Below are positions 18,893 through 28,465 of a DNA stretch of 32,000 nucleotides, one piece after another. The stretch is from Polynucleobacter necessarius (GTDB lineage: Bacteria; Pseudomonadota; Gammaproteobacteria; Burkholderiales; Burkholderiaceae), in contig NZ_LT606950.1 of NCBI RefSeq assembly GCF_900095195.1, positions 636,164-668,163 on the forward strand, written 5' to 3'. Both the position numbers and the translations under genes were made by a program. Each line of letters opens with the position of its first letter. The stretch's first letter is position 1. Under the pieces are notes generated by a model. The model saw only the letters and a program-made list of their open reading frames with translations, was not told where the DNA came from and did not search any database.

Positions 18893-18979
18893 GCGAGGAT
18901 GGCGAAATTGGTAGACGCACCAGGTTTAGGTCCTGACGCCAGAAATGGTGTGGGGGTTCGAGTCCCCCTCCTCGCACCA
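18893..18979 (+). tRNA. tRNA-Leu (anticodon TAG)
   Basis: Hand-folded cloverleaf. The acceptor GCGAGGA pairs with TCCTCGC. The anticodon loop is TTTAGGT. There is a long variable arm, a T-arm GGGGG-TTCGAGT-CCCCC, and an encoded CCA. Confidence 0.9.
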
Positions 18980-19036
18980 CAAGATTGCTACTTGGCTTGG
19001 ACTTCGCATTTCCAGATCTTCAATTAAGAGACGAGA

Positions 19037-20374
19037 ATGGCTGTGCAGATAGAAAATTTAGGTTCGTTAGACCGCAAAATGACTTTGGAATTCACTCGTG
19101 CCGATTTGGCCAAAGCGCGCGAAGCTCGTTTAGTTAAGGTTGGTAAGACCATGAAAATGGCCGGCTTTCGTCCAGGCAAAGTGCCCAAGAGTATGGTTGA
19201 AAAGCAATATGGCATGCAAGTCGATTTTGAGCTGCAATATGACAAAGCTTCTGAACTCTTTTTTGAACAAAGCCAAAAAGAAGGTATTAAATTGGCTGGT
19301 CAACCACGACTTGAGCCAAAGAGTGAACTCGACGCCGATACGATCGTGTTCGACGCATTTTTTGAGGCTCTACCAGAAGTTAAGATTGGTGACTTTAGTA
19401 AAGCTGAAGTAACCAAATACAGCACTGAAATTGGTGAAGCCGAAATTGATCGCGCTCTCGATGTTTTGCGTAAGCAGCGAGTGCACTACCACCCACGCGG
19501 TGAAGCAGGTCCTCATGGCGGTGGCGGTTCCAATACTGCCGCCCAAAATGGCGATCAAGTAGTCATTGACTTCGTTGGCAAGATTGATGGCGTTGAGTTT
19601 GCAGGCGATAAAGCAGAAAACTTTGAATATGTCCTCGGCCAAGGTCGCATGTTGCCAGAATTTGAAGCAGCAACACGAGGCCTTAAGGCAGGCGAGAGCA
19701 AATCGTTCCCATTGAGTTTCCCGGCCGATTATCACGGTAAAGATGTTGCAGGGAAAACAGCAGAGTTCACGATCACTGTGAAATCTGTGAACTGGGCACA
19801 CTTACCTACAGTTGATGATGCCTTCGCATTTTCTTTGGGTGTGACCGAGGGTGGCGTTGCTAAGATGCGTGAAGAAGTAAAACAAAATTTAGAGCGCGAA
19901 GTAAAGCGCCGCATTACCTCATTGTTAAAAGGTGAAGTAATGGATAAGCTTAATGATCTTTGCGAACTTGAGGTTCCAAAATCCTTAGTAGCCTCAGAAC
20001 AAGAACGCCTGGTTCAAGGCGCTCGTCAAGATTTAATCCAGCGTGGCGTACCAAATGCGAAAGACGCCCCGATTCCTCCTGAAATTTTTGCCGAACAAGC
20101 ACTCAAGCGTGTTCGTTTAGGCTTGATTCTGGGTGACTTGGTTAAGAAAAATAACCTCGCTGCTACAGCCGACCAGATCAAGGCGGAAATTGATGAGCAG
20201 GCTGCTACCTATGAGGACCCCAAGGAAGTGGTTCGGTGGTACTACAGTAACCCAAGTCGCCTTAAAGACATTGAAAACTTAGTGTTGGAAGGCAATGTAA
20301 TCAAGCATTTCACATCCCTTGCCAAGGTAAATGACAAGGCGATCATTTTTGAAGAGTTAAGCAAGCTACACTAA
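19037..20374 (+). CDS. tig: Trigger factor
   Basis: Ribosome-binding motif GFRPGKVP and a central FKBP domain. It opens the conserved tig-clpP-clpX-lon order. Confidence 0.95.
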   Translation: MAVQIENLGSLDRKMTLEFTRADLAKAREARLVKVGKTMKMAGFRPGKVPKSMVEKQYGMQVDFELQYDKASELFFEQSQKEGIKLAGQPRLEPKSELDADTIVFDAFFEALPEVKIGDFSKAEVTKYSTEIGEAEIDRALDVLRKQRVHYHPRGEAGPHGGGGSNTAAQNGDQVVIDFVGKIDGVEFAGDKAENFEYVLGQGRMLPEFEAATRGLKAGESKSFPLSFPADYHGKDVAGKTAEFTITVKSVNWAHLPTVDDAFAFSLGVTEGGVAKMREEVKQNLEREVKRRITSLLKGEVMDKLNDLCELEVPKSLVASEQERLVQGARQDLIQRGVPNAKDAPIPPEIFAEQALKRVRLGLILGDLVKKNNLAATADQIKAEIDEQAATYEDPKEVVRWYYSNPSRLKDIENLVLEGNVIKHFTSLAKVNDKAIIFEELSKLH

Positions 20375-20403
20375 GTCCATTCATTGATCAAAAGGCCCTT
20401 ACC

Positions 20404-21033
20404 ATGACCCGGAACCATTTTCAATCTGACGATTTAGAGCCGAAAGGATTGGGCTTGGTTCCCATGGTGATCGAAACCTCGGGTCGAGGAGAGCGTGCCT
20501 ACGACATCTATTCACGTCTACTTCGTGAGCGCGTCGTATTTTTGGTCGGCGAGGTCAATGATCAAACTGCTAACTTGGTGATTGCGCAGCTTTTGTTCCT
20601 GGAGAGTGAAAATCCAGACAAAGACATTTCTCTGTACATCAATTCACCTGGTGGCTCTGTTTCTGCTGGTTTAGCTATTTACGACACGATGCAATTTATC
20701 AAGCCGCATGTCAGCACCTTATGTATGGGTATGGCGGCTTCTATGGGCGCATTCTTATTGTGCGCTGGAGAAAAAGGTAAGCGTTATGCACTCCCAAATT
20801 CACGAGTAATGATCCATCAGCCACTTGGCGGTGCTCGTGGTCAGGCCTCTGATATCGAAATTCAAGCCCGTGAGATTTTGTATTTGCGCGAACGCCTAAA
20901 TAAAATCCTCTCAGATCGTTCTGGCCAATCTATTGAGACTATTGCGAAAGACACCGATCGCGATAATTTTATGTCGGCCGATCAAGCTCGCGAATATGGC
21001 TTGATTGATAAGGTAATTGAGAAGCGCCATTAA
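20404..21033 (+). CDS. clpP: ATP-dependent Clp protease proteolytic subunit ClpP
   Basis: [13 protein letters not shown], the catalytic Ser context [11 protein letters not shown], and His in MIHQPLGG. Confidence 0.95.
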   Translation: MTRNHFQSDDLEPKGLGLVPMVIETSGRGERAYDIYSRLLRERVVFLVGEVNDQTANLVIAQLLFLESENPDKDISLYINSPGGSVSAGLAIYDTMQFIKPHVSTLCMGMAASMGAFLLCAGEKGKRYALPNSRVMIHQPLGGARGQASDIEIQAREILYLRERLNKILSDRSGQSIETIAKDTDRDNFMSADQAREYGLIDKVIEKRH

Positions 21034-21064
21034 CTGTTAATTAAATCCATATTGGACATCCACA

Positions 21065-22423
21065 TTGAGCGATACCACCACCAATTCAAGCGATAAAGTT
21101 TTGTATTGCTCTTTTTGTGGCAAGAGTCAGCATGAAGTCCGCAAGCTGATTGCTGGACCCTCTGTTTTTATTTGCGATGAATGCATTGATCTGTGCACCG
21201 ACATCATCCAAGAAGAGATTGCCAAACTTCCTAAGGATGAGGGTGATGACTCCCTGCCGACACCACATCAGATTCGCGAGAACTTGGATCAATACGTTAT
21301 TGGTCAAGACCATGCAAAGAAAACATTAGCGGTTGCGGTTTATAACCACTACAAACGCCTGCAATATTTGCCCAAGCCCAAGAAAGAGAAGCTCGATAAG
21401 GATGGCAAGCCAGTAGAGGGTCACGATAAAAAAAAAACTAAAGCACCAGCCAAAGCGATTGTGGATGGCGTTGAGTTGGCCAAGAGCAACATTCTGCTAA
21501 TTGGACCTACTGGCTCTGGTAAAACATTGCTTGCGCAAACATTAGCACGCATGTTGGATGTGCCATTTGTCATGGCGGATGCAACGACATTAACTGAAGC
21601 AGGTTATGTTGGCGAGGACGTTGAAAATATTATTCAAAAACTCTTACAGGCTTGCGACTACAACGTTGAAAAAGCGCAACGCGGTATCGTATACATCGAC
21701 GAAATCGATAAGATTTCTCGCAAGTCTGATAACCCATCCATTACCCGTGATGTATCCGGTGAGGGGGTGCAGCAGGCCTTGCTGAAGTTGGTTGAGGGAA
21801 CGATGGCGTCTGTTCCACCCCAAGGTGGCCGCAAGCATCCCAATCAAGATTTCTTACAAGTAGATACAACAAACATTCTCTTTATTTGTGGTGGTGCGTT
21901 TGACGGCTTGGAAAAGGTTATTCAGCAACGCACTGCAAAAACGGGCATTGGCTTTAATGCCGCCGTACCTGGTAAAGATGATCGTGGTGTCAGCGATTTG
22001 CTCTTAGAGGTTGAGCCTGAGGACTTAATTAAGTTTGGTTTGATTCCAGAATTGATTGGACGCCTCCCCGTAGTGACAACTTTGGCTCAGTTGGATGAAG
22101 AGGCGTTAATCCAAATTTTGACCGAACCGAAGAACGCCTTGGCGAAACAATATCAAGCGTTGTTAACGATGGAAGGCTCTGAGCTTGAGGTGCGCCGCGA
22201 GGCGCTTGCCGCTATTGCGAAGAAGGCGATTGCTCGCAAAACGGGTGCTCGTGGCCTGCGTTCCATTCTTGAAGGATCGCTGATGGATGTTATGTATGAC
22301 CTACCATCCCTCAAAAATGTCCAAAAGGTAGTTATCGACGAATCCAGTATTGTGGATGGCGGTAAGCCCTTATTGGTTTACAAACAGGATCCCGATCAGG
22401 CTGATTTAAGCAAAAAAGCATAA
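21065..22423 (+). CDS. clpX: ATP-dependent Clp protease ATP-binding subunit ClpX
   Basis: Zinc-binding N-domain (CSFCGK...CDEC), Walker A GPTGSGKT, Walker [10 protein letters not shown] and the pore loop GYVGEDV. The start is TTG. A Lys-rich insertion of about 28 aa precedes Walker A. Confidence 0.95.
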   Translation: MSDTTTNSSDKVLYCSFCGKSQHEVRKLIAGPSVFICDECIDLCTDIIQEEIAKLPKDEGDDSLPTPHQIRENLDQYVIGQDHAKKTLAVAVYNHYKRLQYLPKPKKEKLDKDGKPVEGHDKKKTKAPAKAIVDGVELAKSNILLIGPTGSGKTLLAQTLARMLDVPFVMADATTLTEAGYVGEDVENIIQKLLQACDYNVEKAQRGIVYIDEIDKISRKSDNPSITRDVSGEGVQQALLKLVEGTMASVPPQGGRKHPNQDFLQVDTTNILFICGGAFDGLEKVIQQRTAKTGIGFNAAVPGKDDRGVSDLLLEVEPEDLIKFGLIPELIGRLPVVTTLAQLDEEALIQILTEPKNALAKQYQALLTMEGSELEVRREALAAIAKKAIARKTGARGLRSILEGSLMDVMYDLPSLKNVQKVVIDESSIVDGGKPLLVYKQDPDQADLSKKA

Positions 22424-22481
22424 ACTCTTAGGGTTTTCGCTATTTTTGGGGCATTTTTGCCACTTTTTTACGCTTTTTTCC

Positions 22482-22510
22482 CTTGAATTTCACAGAGTGC
22501 TACTCATATA
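22482..22510 (+). promoter_or_regulatory. Possible sigma-32 (heat-shock) promoter of lon
   Basis: CTTGAAT at 22482-22488 and ACTCATATA at 22502-22510, with a spacer of about 14 nt. This resembles the consensus CTTGAA-N13-15-CCCCATNT and lies about 105 nt upstream of the lon ATG. It is a pattern match only. Confidence 0.3.
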
Positions 22511-22614
22511 GGTAGTATTCTACTCAAGAATAATGTCTGTATTTAGTGGTTGATAGTTTCATTACCACTAGAAATGGATGCTTGAGGATTTGTTTACTTT
22601 GGAGGAAATGCCTA

Positions 22615-25047
22615 ATGCCTGGCCACTTATTGCTACCCTCTGAGCCGATACAGCTACCGTTGCTCCCTTTGCGCGACGTAGTTGTTTTTCCTCATATGGT
22701 GATTCCATTGTTTGTGGGAAGACCAAAATCTATTAAGGCTTTGGAAGCCGCCATGGAAACTGGCAAGAATGTCCTGTTGGTCGCACAAAAAACTGCGGCA
22801 AAGGATGAGCCAGGAATAGAAGATTTATACGAAGTGGGTTGTATCGCAAATATTCTGCAAATGCTGAAGTTGCCTGATGGCACCGTTAAAGTATTGGTAG
22901 AGGGTGTGCAGCGCGCTGAAGTTAGTAAAATTGAAGATAGTCTTGGCTACTTCAATTGCGAGGCAACCCCTACTGCGTTAAATGCAATAGATGCGCACGA
23001 GACTGAAGCATTGCGTCGCGCCATCATGGCTCAATTTGATCAGTACGTAAAACTGAATAAAAAAGTACCGCAAGAGATCCTTTCCTCTCTCGGCGGCATT
23101 GATGATCCAAGCCGTTTAGCCAATATGATCTGCGCGTATTTACCAGTCAAGCTTGAACAAAAACAACGCTTGTTAGAGATGACCGATGTCGTGCAGCGTT
23201 TAGAAAGTCTATTGGCAGATCTTGAGAGTGAGATCGATATTCTTCAAGTGGAAAAGCGCATTCGTGGACGTGTTAAGCGCCAGATGGAAAAGAGTCAGCG
23301 CGAATACTACTTGAATGAGCAGGTGAAGGCTATTCAAAAAGAATTGGGTGAGGGTGAAGAGGGTGCCGATCTCGAAGAACTCGAGAAACGAATCAAAGCT
23401 GCTCGCATGCCAAAAGAAGCCTTAAAGAAGGCTGAATCGGAATTGAAAAAGTTGAAGTTAATGTCGCCAATGTCTGCTGAGGCGACCGTAACCCGAAACT
23501 TTATCGATACCTTGGTGAATTTGCCATGGAAGAAGAAAACCAAAATTAATAATGACCTGTCGAATGCTGAAAAAGTATTGGATGAAGACCATTATGGTTT
23601 GGATAAAGTCAAAGAGCGCATCTTGGAATATCTCGCTGTTCAACAGCGGGTTGATCGGGTGAAGGCACCAATCTTGTGCTTAGTTGGCCCTCCTGGGGTC
23701 GGCAAGACCTCCTTGGGGCAATCCATTGCCCGCGCCACAAATCGTAAATTTGTACGCATGGCATTAGGTGGTGTGTGTGATGAATCCGAGATTCGTGGTC
23801 ACCGCAGAACATACGTCGGTTCCATGCCGGGCAAAATATTGACCAGCCTGATTAAGGTAGGTGTTCGCAATCCTTTATTCCTTTTGGATGAAGTGGACAA
23901 GATGGGAATGGACTTCCGGGGTGATCCCGCCAGCGCCTTATTGGAGGTTCTCGACCCAGAGCAAAATCACACATTCCAAGATCATTATGTCGAAGTGGAC
24001 TTTGATCTTTCTGATGTCATGTTTGTGGCGACCTCAAACTCATTAAATATTCCTGGACCCCTATTGGATCGTCTCGAGATCATTCGCCTTGCGGGTTATA
24101 CCGAGGATGAGAAAACCAGTATTGCTGTGAATTATTTGATTCCAAAGCAAACCAAAAACAATGGTTTGAAAAAGGATGAATTGAAGATTGAAGAGAGTGC
24201 GGTTCGTAACATTATTCGCTATTACACACGCGAAGCTGGTGTGCGGTCTCTTGAGCGGGAAATTAGCAAGATCTGCCGTAAGGTGGTGAAGTTACTGCTT
24301 CTTAAAAAGGAAGCTGCTCCTGTAGTAGTCAATGCCGATAACCTTGAGAAGTTCTTGTCGGTGCGTATGTTTGACTTTGGTTTGGCTGGTAAAGAAAACC
24401 AAGTGGGACAAGTCACCGGCCTGGCATGGACAGAGGTGGGCGGTGACCTTCTTACGATTGAGGCAGCTACCATGGCTGGCAAGGGTGTCATTACCCGAAC
24501 TGGTTCAATCGGTGATGTGATGAAAGAATCGGTGGAAGCTGCACGAACCGTAGTGCGTTCTCGCGCCAAGCGCCTGGGTATAGCGGATGAATCATTTGAG
24601 AAGAATGACATTCACATTCACTTTCCAGATGGCGCGACACCAAAAGACGGGCCGTCTGCTGGTATCGCCATTACTACTGCGTTAGTCTCCGTCTTCACCG
24701 GCATTCCGATTCGTTCGGATGTCGCAATGACTGGTGAGATCACATTACGCGGTGAAGTGTTACCAATCGGTGGCCTTAAAGAAAAGCTGTTAGCGGCGCA
24801 TCGTGGCGGTATTAAATTAGCACTGATTCCAGAAGAGAATGTCAAAGATTTGATTGATATTCCTGATAACGTGAAGAATGCGATTGAGATTATTCCCGTG
24901 CGCTGGATTGATAAAGTATTGGAGCTCGCGTTAGAGCGCTTACCAACACCTTTGCCAGATCCAACGCCTGAAGAGCTTGCTAAGAAGGCCGCTGAAACCA
25001 ACAAAGCCAAGGAAAGCATTTCTTCTGGTGATGTGCTAAAGCATTAG
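22615..25047 (+). CDS. lon: ATP-dependent protease Lon
   Basis: 810 aa counted from ATG 22615, with GGAGGA located 8 nt upstream. Features are the LON N-domain, Walker A GPPGVGKTS, Walker B LFLLDEVDK and the protease Ser in DGPSAGIA. Confidence 0.95.
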   Translation: MPGHLLLPSEPIQLPLLPLRDVVVFPHMVIPLFVGRPKSIKALEAAMETGKNVLLVAQKTAAKDEPGIEDLYEVGCIANILQMLKLPDGTVKVLVEGVQRAEVSKIEDSLGYFNCEATPTALNAIDAHETEALRRAIMAQFDQYVKLNKKVPQEILSSLGGIDDPSRLANMICAYLPVKLEQKQRLLEMTDVVQRLESLLADLESEIDILQVEKRIRGRVKRQMEKSQREYYLNEQVKAIQKELGEGEEGADLEELEKRIKAARMPKEALKKAESELKKLKLMSPMSAEATVTRNFIDTLVNLPWKKKTKINNDLSNAEKVLDEDHYGLDKVKERILEYLAVQQRVDRVKAPILCLVGPPGVGKTSLGQSIARATNRKFVRMALGGVCDESEIRGHRRTYVGSMPGKILTSLIKVGVRNPLFLLDEVDKMGMDFRGDPASALLEVLDPEQNHTFQDHYVEVDFDLSDVMFVATSNSLNIPGPLLDRLEIIRLAGYTEDEKTSIAVNYLIPKQTKNNGLKKDELKIEESAVRNIIRYYTREAGVRSLEREISKICRKVVKLLLLKKEAAPVVVNADNLEKFLSVRMFDFGLAGKENQVGQVTGLAWTEVGGDLLTIEAATMAGKGVITRTGSIGDVMKESVEAARTVVRSRAKRLGIADESFEKNDIHIHFPDGATPKDGPSAGIAITTALVSVFTGIPIRSDVAMTGEITLRGEVLPIGGLKEKLLAAHRGGIKLALIPEENVKDLIDIPDNVKNAIEIIPVRWIDKVLELALERLPTPLPDPTPEELAKKAAETNKAKESISSGDVLKH

Positions 25048-25073
25048 CGATGGCTTGTTTGTAAATGATGGTC

Positions 25074-25110
25074 GGCTAAGGCTGCCTTTGGAAAAAGGCA
25101 GTTTTTAGCC
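25074..25110 (+). terminator. Rho-independent terminator after lon
   Basis: Stem CTGCCTTT / AAAGGCAG with a GGAA loop, followed by TTTTT. An outer GGCTAA/TTAGCC pairing extends the stem. Confidence 0.6.
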
Positions 25111-25164
25111 ATTTTCAGGCGTTCTTTTGGTGATTAGGTTACAATCTGTCCTTGAAATATTTTG

Positions 25165-25240
25165 GGGCGCTTAGCTCAGTTGGTAGAGCGTCTGCCTTAC
25201 ACGCAGAATGTCGGGAGTTCGAGCCTCTCAGCGCCCACCA
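25165..25240 (+). tRNA. tRNA-Val (anticodon TAC)
   Basis: The acceptor GGGCGCT pairs with AGCGCCC. The anticodon loop is CTTACAC. The T-loop is GTTCGAGC, and the CCA is encoded. Confidence 0.9.
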
Positions 25241-25345
25241 AATATTTATATTTTAGCCTGTTCTGGCACCCATGCATATTTCTCAATTCAGTACCTAGTA
25301 AACTGATAGTTACTCGTTTTACTGTACATTTTTAGCGACCTATTC

Positions 25346-26809
25346 ATGTTTGATACTGTTCGTAAGCATCAAAAATTACTTCAGTTAGTGCTGATGTTGT
25401 TTATTGTTCCTTCATTTGTAATGTTTGGTATCTCGAGTTATTCAGGGTTTATGGATAAAGAGACCGATTTGGTGAAGGTGAACGGCAAGCCGATTACTGC
25501 TCAAGAAGTTGATAACGCAGCAAAGCGTCAGGCGGAGCCTGTTGGTGGCAACAGGCAAATTGCGCAGAGCTTGCAATTTCGCCAAGCTATTTTGAACGAA
25601 TTATTGCAGCAACGTATTTTAGGTTTCGCCGTCACCAATCTTCGTTTGCAAGTTGGCAAGGACGCATTAATTAAGAGTCTGCAGGGTATTCCACAAATAC
25701 GAGCTTTATATCGCCAAGATGGTAGTTTTGACGACGCTCGATTCAAGCAATTGCTTGCAAGCAATGGTCTGAACGAAGAGCAGTTTTATGCCAGCCAGGC
25801 TTTTGATTTAAAGATCGGCCAATTGGTGAACTCCGTAGCGCGTACTGAGATTGGTACACCTAAGTTATCTGAGATCGTGTCTACCCTGTATGAGACAGAG
25901 CGCCAGGTTCAAGCGCTCAGTTTTAATGCCAAGGATTACTTGGGTAAAGTCAATCCTAGCCCAGAGGAATTACAAGCTTTTTACAACGCAAACACCAAAC
26001 TGTTTGAAAGCCCCGAATTTATCGATGTTGAATACATCGTTTTAAAGGCAGATCCTAAAGAAGACGCCAAGGCTTTTAGTGAAAAAGCGGATCAATTTGC
26101 TAACATGACCTACGATCAGTCTGATAGCTTGAAGCCTGCAGCTGATAAATTAAAGCTGAGTATTCAGACGCAAAATGGTGTGACTCGCTCGGGCCCTGTA
26201 GGTGTATCGCGCGATCACCCGTTGGCTAACCCCAAAGTAGTTCAATCACTTTTTGGTGATGAAGCACTGAAAAATAAACGCAACACTGAGGCAGTCCAAA
26301 CAGTGCCTGGAGTATTTGTTTCCGCTCGTGTTGTGACGTTGCACCCCGCGCAAATTCTTCCTTATAAAGATGTGGCAGCAGAAGTTAAGCGTCAAGTCAG
26401 CCAACGTGCCGCTGAAAAATTGGCAGTCGCGGCTGCCGCTGAACGCTATGCTGCTTTGGAAAAGGATCCCAAAAGCGTCTCTGGATTTGCCAGTCCATTT
26501 TGGGTCTCACGCAATAAGCCTGCGAATCTTGTAGGTCCCGCATTAGATGATGTTATGTCGGTAAATCCTGATAAGTTTCCGGCGATCATTTCTGTGAATA
26601 ATCCGGGGGTTGGCACTACCCTGTATCGCGTTGATCAGGTACGTCAACCATCTGGTGTGGATGCAAAAGTTCACAAAGCCCAAGCCCAGCAGATTCAAGC
26701 CTTAGCTGCTCAATCCGAGTTTGCTGGTTTCATGTCTTGCTGGCGCGATGCAGCCGGCGTCAAAGATATTAATCCCCTTAAGCCACCGTCTAGTGGCTCC
26801 GGCGGCTAA
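25346..26809 (+). CDS. ppiD: Periplasmic chaperone PpiD-like protein, apparently without a parvulin domain
   Basis: PpiD-type N-terminus with a single TM anchor (MFDTVRKHQKLLQLVLMLFIVPSFVMFGI). Its position after lon and tRNA-Val is conserved. At 487 aa it is short compared with about 620-640 aa for typical PpiD. I see no parvulin signature in the translation. Confidence 0.75.
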   Translation: MFDTVRKHQKLLQLVLMLFIVPSFVMFGISSYSGFMDKETDLVKVNGKPITAQEVDNAAKRQAEPVGGNRQIAQSLQFRQAILNELLQQRILGFAVTNLRLQVGKDALIKSLQGIPQIRALYRQDGSFDDARFKQLLASNGLNEEQFYASQAFDLKIGQLVNSVARTEIGTPKLSEIVSTLYETERQVQALSFNAKDYLGKVNPSPEELQAFYNANTKLFESPEFIDVEYIVLKADPKEDAKAFSEKADQFANMTYDQSDSLKPAADKLKLSIQTQNGVTRSGPVGVSRDHPLANPKVVQSLFGDEALKNKRNTEAVQTVPGVFVSARVVTLHPAQILPYKDVAAEVKRQVSQRAAEKLAVAAAAERYAALEKDPKSVSGFASPFWVSRNKPANLVGPALDDVMSVNPDKFPAIISVNNPGVGTTLYRVDQVRQPSGVDAKVHKAQAQQIQALAAQSEFAGFMSCWRDAAGVKDINPLKPPSSGSGG

Positions 26810-26829
26810 AGCACACTGGGATTATTTGA

Positions 26830-27299
26830 GTAGTGAATAATATGGGGCCTTGCGCCCCATACGTTTTTATAAAGAATGACTTGAGCTGCTTCATTCAAAA
26901 ATCTTTTTTAGTTGCTACTCCGGAGAGAAAGAATGGTAGGAGCTCTACGCCTTCTTGACTGGCAAGTTTTACAAAGAGTTCCTTGAATTGTTTGGTATAT
27001 TGCTGACCATAATTAGGCGGGATTTGCATACCCAATAGCAAGACTTTGGCCCCAGTTTGTTTTGACAGCACAATCATTTTGCGAAGATTTTGCTCAGTTT
27101 GTTCAATCGATAATCCTCGTAGCGCATCGTTAGCTCCAAGTTCTAAAAGAACGATGCCAGGCTTCTTGGTCTCCAATAACGAGGGAAGTCTGGCAAAGCC
27201 CCCAGAGCTTGTCTCGCCGCTAATGCTGGCGTTGAAAACGGTCCAGGGGCTAGATTGTTTTTGGAGTTGAGCCTCGAGAAGCTTTACCCAGCCTTGCAC
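26830..27299 (-). pseudogene. tesA: SGNH/GDSL thioesterase-lipase TesA-like remnant
   Basis: The central blocks are present (VFNASISGETSSGG, block II; LELGANDALRG, block III). The N-terminal GDS(L) catalytic-Ser block is cut off at about 27300. The C-terminal DGIHP Asp/His block is missing. After the stop at 26895, only an out-of-frame AAQVILYKNVW-like tail can be read. Confidence 0.65.
26842..26868. terminator. Rho-independent terminator after ppiD
   Basis: Stem ATGGGGC / GCCCCAT with the loop CTTGC, followed by ACGTTTTTA. Confidence 0.6.
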
Positions 27300-27480
27300 G
27301 ATACTGGCGCCTCCGGATCGGGTAAGAGTACTTTGTTAGGTTTATTGGCTGGACTGGATCTTCCCAATGCTGGAAGTGTTGCTTTAATGGGTCAAGACTT
27401 AAATGTGTTGACTGAAGATGGTAGAGCTCAGTTGCGGGGGCGGTATATCAGTTTTGTGTTTCAGTCCTTTCAGCTGCTGT
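27296..27480 (+). pseudogene. ABC transporter ATP-binding protein (YbbA/LolD-like) remnant
   Basis: The sequence begins abruptly at Walker A (GASGSGKSTLLGLLAGLDLPNAGSV...ISFVFQSFQLL...LTALE) and then loses similarity. About the first 35 codons and the promoter are absent. A possible out-of-frame C-terminal trace (GRCSSQKSQTLR) lies near 27560-27630, but that is tentative. Confidence 0.65.
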
Positions 27481-27629
27481 CGTATTATTTAACGGCCTTA
27501 GAGTGTGGCACGAGAACACCTCGTTACTCTCGCTTTGATCGGGACGATAAGGGAGGAGGGCAGATGTTCTTCTCAGAAAAGCCAGACTTTACGCCCACCA
27601 TTCTTCCGGGTACACAAGATTGATTCAGC

Positions 27630-27893
27630 TTGATGTTTCAGCTAGCATCCCTATTAAACGGTGATAGCAAAATGGATCCAGCCGGTGTTATTCGATCTAT
27701 ACCTGTTGTGGATTACAACTCCCTAGAGAACTGGCAATTTAAGAGTTATGGCGAAGCCTTAAATGGAGGATATTCCCAGTATGGGCGTTACGTAGATCGC
27801 CATTACGCACTCATGCAACGTGAAAATGATCCCTATATGGTTAGCCAAAGACTTGGAATGGTTTCCTGGCAGAATTCGCTCGCTAGAGTCTAA
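27630..27893 (+). CDS. Hypothetical ORF (87 aa), family not recognised; may not be a real gene
   Basis: Supported only as an open frame, with no recognisable motifs. The opposite strand is also open here, in frame with the K+-channel relic, so the coding strand is uncertain. Confidence 0.25.
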   Translation: MMFQLASLLNGDSKMDPAGVIRSIPVVDYNSLENWQFKSYGEALNGGYSQYGRYVDRHYALMQRENDPYMVSQRLGMVSWQNSLARV

Positions 27894-28067
27894 CGGTTCA
27901 CTCAATTTGTAATCTCCATAGCCTACGGTCGTATACATTTCGCCGGCAAAGTAAAAAGCAGGTTGAGATCAACATGACCCAAATCTGACTGTTGCCCATG
28001 TCGCATTAATCTCATTAAAGAGTGTTAGAAAGCTGGGTAGGTCAGCGCTTTGAAAGAGGCTAAACAT
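27894..28067 (-). pseudogene. Potassium-channel pore (Ion_trans_2-like) relic
   Basis: The minus strand encodes AFYFAGEMYTTVGYGDYKLSEP, with the canonical selectivity filter TTVGYGD at 27912-27932. An in-frame TGA lies at 27969-27971, five codons upstream of this stretch. No convincing TM1 is present upstream. Confidence 0.45.
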
Positions 28068-28128
28068 GGTGGTGGTATTCGTATTCTTACAAAAATATCT
28101 TATTTGACATAATAATGATTATATGCAT

Positions 28129-28215
28129 CCAGGGTTTTTGATAATATCGATTACCGAAAATCCATGCGCATTCCGCATGCGAATATCAGCGCCGTTGTCT
28201 AAAAGAAATAAGGCA
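28129..28215 (-). pseudogene. Ankyrin-repeat protein remnant, C-terminal piece
   Basis: The minus strand encodes (IALF)LLDNGADIRMRNAHGFSVIDIIKNPGCI*, which fits the ANK consensus LLxxGAdxNxxdxxGxTxLdxA. It is fused out of frame to a Hyi fragment. Confidence 0.5.
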
Positions 28216-28410
28216 ATTTAGTTGATGCACACCTAACGCTTTTGCATACTCAATAGCCTTGGAAACGCCCGTCCGAAACTCCTCCTTGCGATCCGGTAGG
28301 CAGGCAATGCCGCGCTCACCAGCATACCAATCACCACGATCTAAGAATTTAAATAAGTAGGTGTAGTTAATCTCGCCAGTACCAGGGTGACAAGAAAATT
28401 CGTGACTTAT
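28210..28410 (-). pseudogene. hyi: Hydroxypyruvate isomerase (Hyi/OtnI family) remnants, two non-contiguous pieces joined
   Basis: The minus strand encodes HEFSCHPGTGEINYTYLFKFLD (compare E. coli Hyi EPGTGEINYDYLFKVIE, about residues 205-235). This is joined directly to RGDWYAGERGIACLPDRKEEFRTGVSKAIEYAKALGVHQLNCL (compare GDWAAGERGIACIPGREEEFRDGV..., about residues 62-110). Confidence 0.65.
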
Positions 28411-28465
28411 TAAAAAATACCTCCCTTAAGTCTGAGTAGCTAAAGCCTTTCGCTATTTTCTAGAA

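Noticed and set aside
18651-18980. A minus-strand 109-aa ORF spans the ispF 3' end and tRNA-Leu.
   Set aside because: It overlaps a well-folded tRNA and the ispF coding region, so it is spurious.
21428-21437. The A10 tract in clpX could be a programmed frameshift or transcriptional-slippage site.
   Set aside because: The reading frame is continuous through the tract and yields a normal ClpX on both sides. Nothing requires recoding.
25048-25164. hupB is absent between lon and ppiD, whereas E. coli has lon-hupB-ppiD.
   Set aside because: The absence is real in this window: only 117 bp with a terminator separates lon from tRNA-Val. However, HU can be encoded elsewhere, and I cannot establish the ancestral state for this lineage from the sequence alone.
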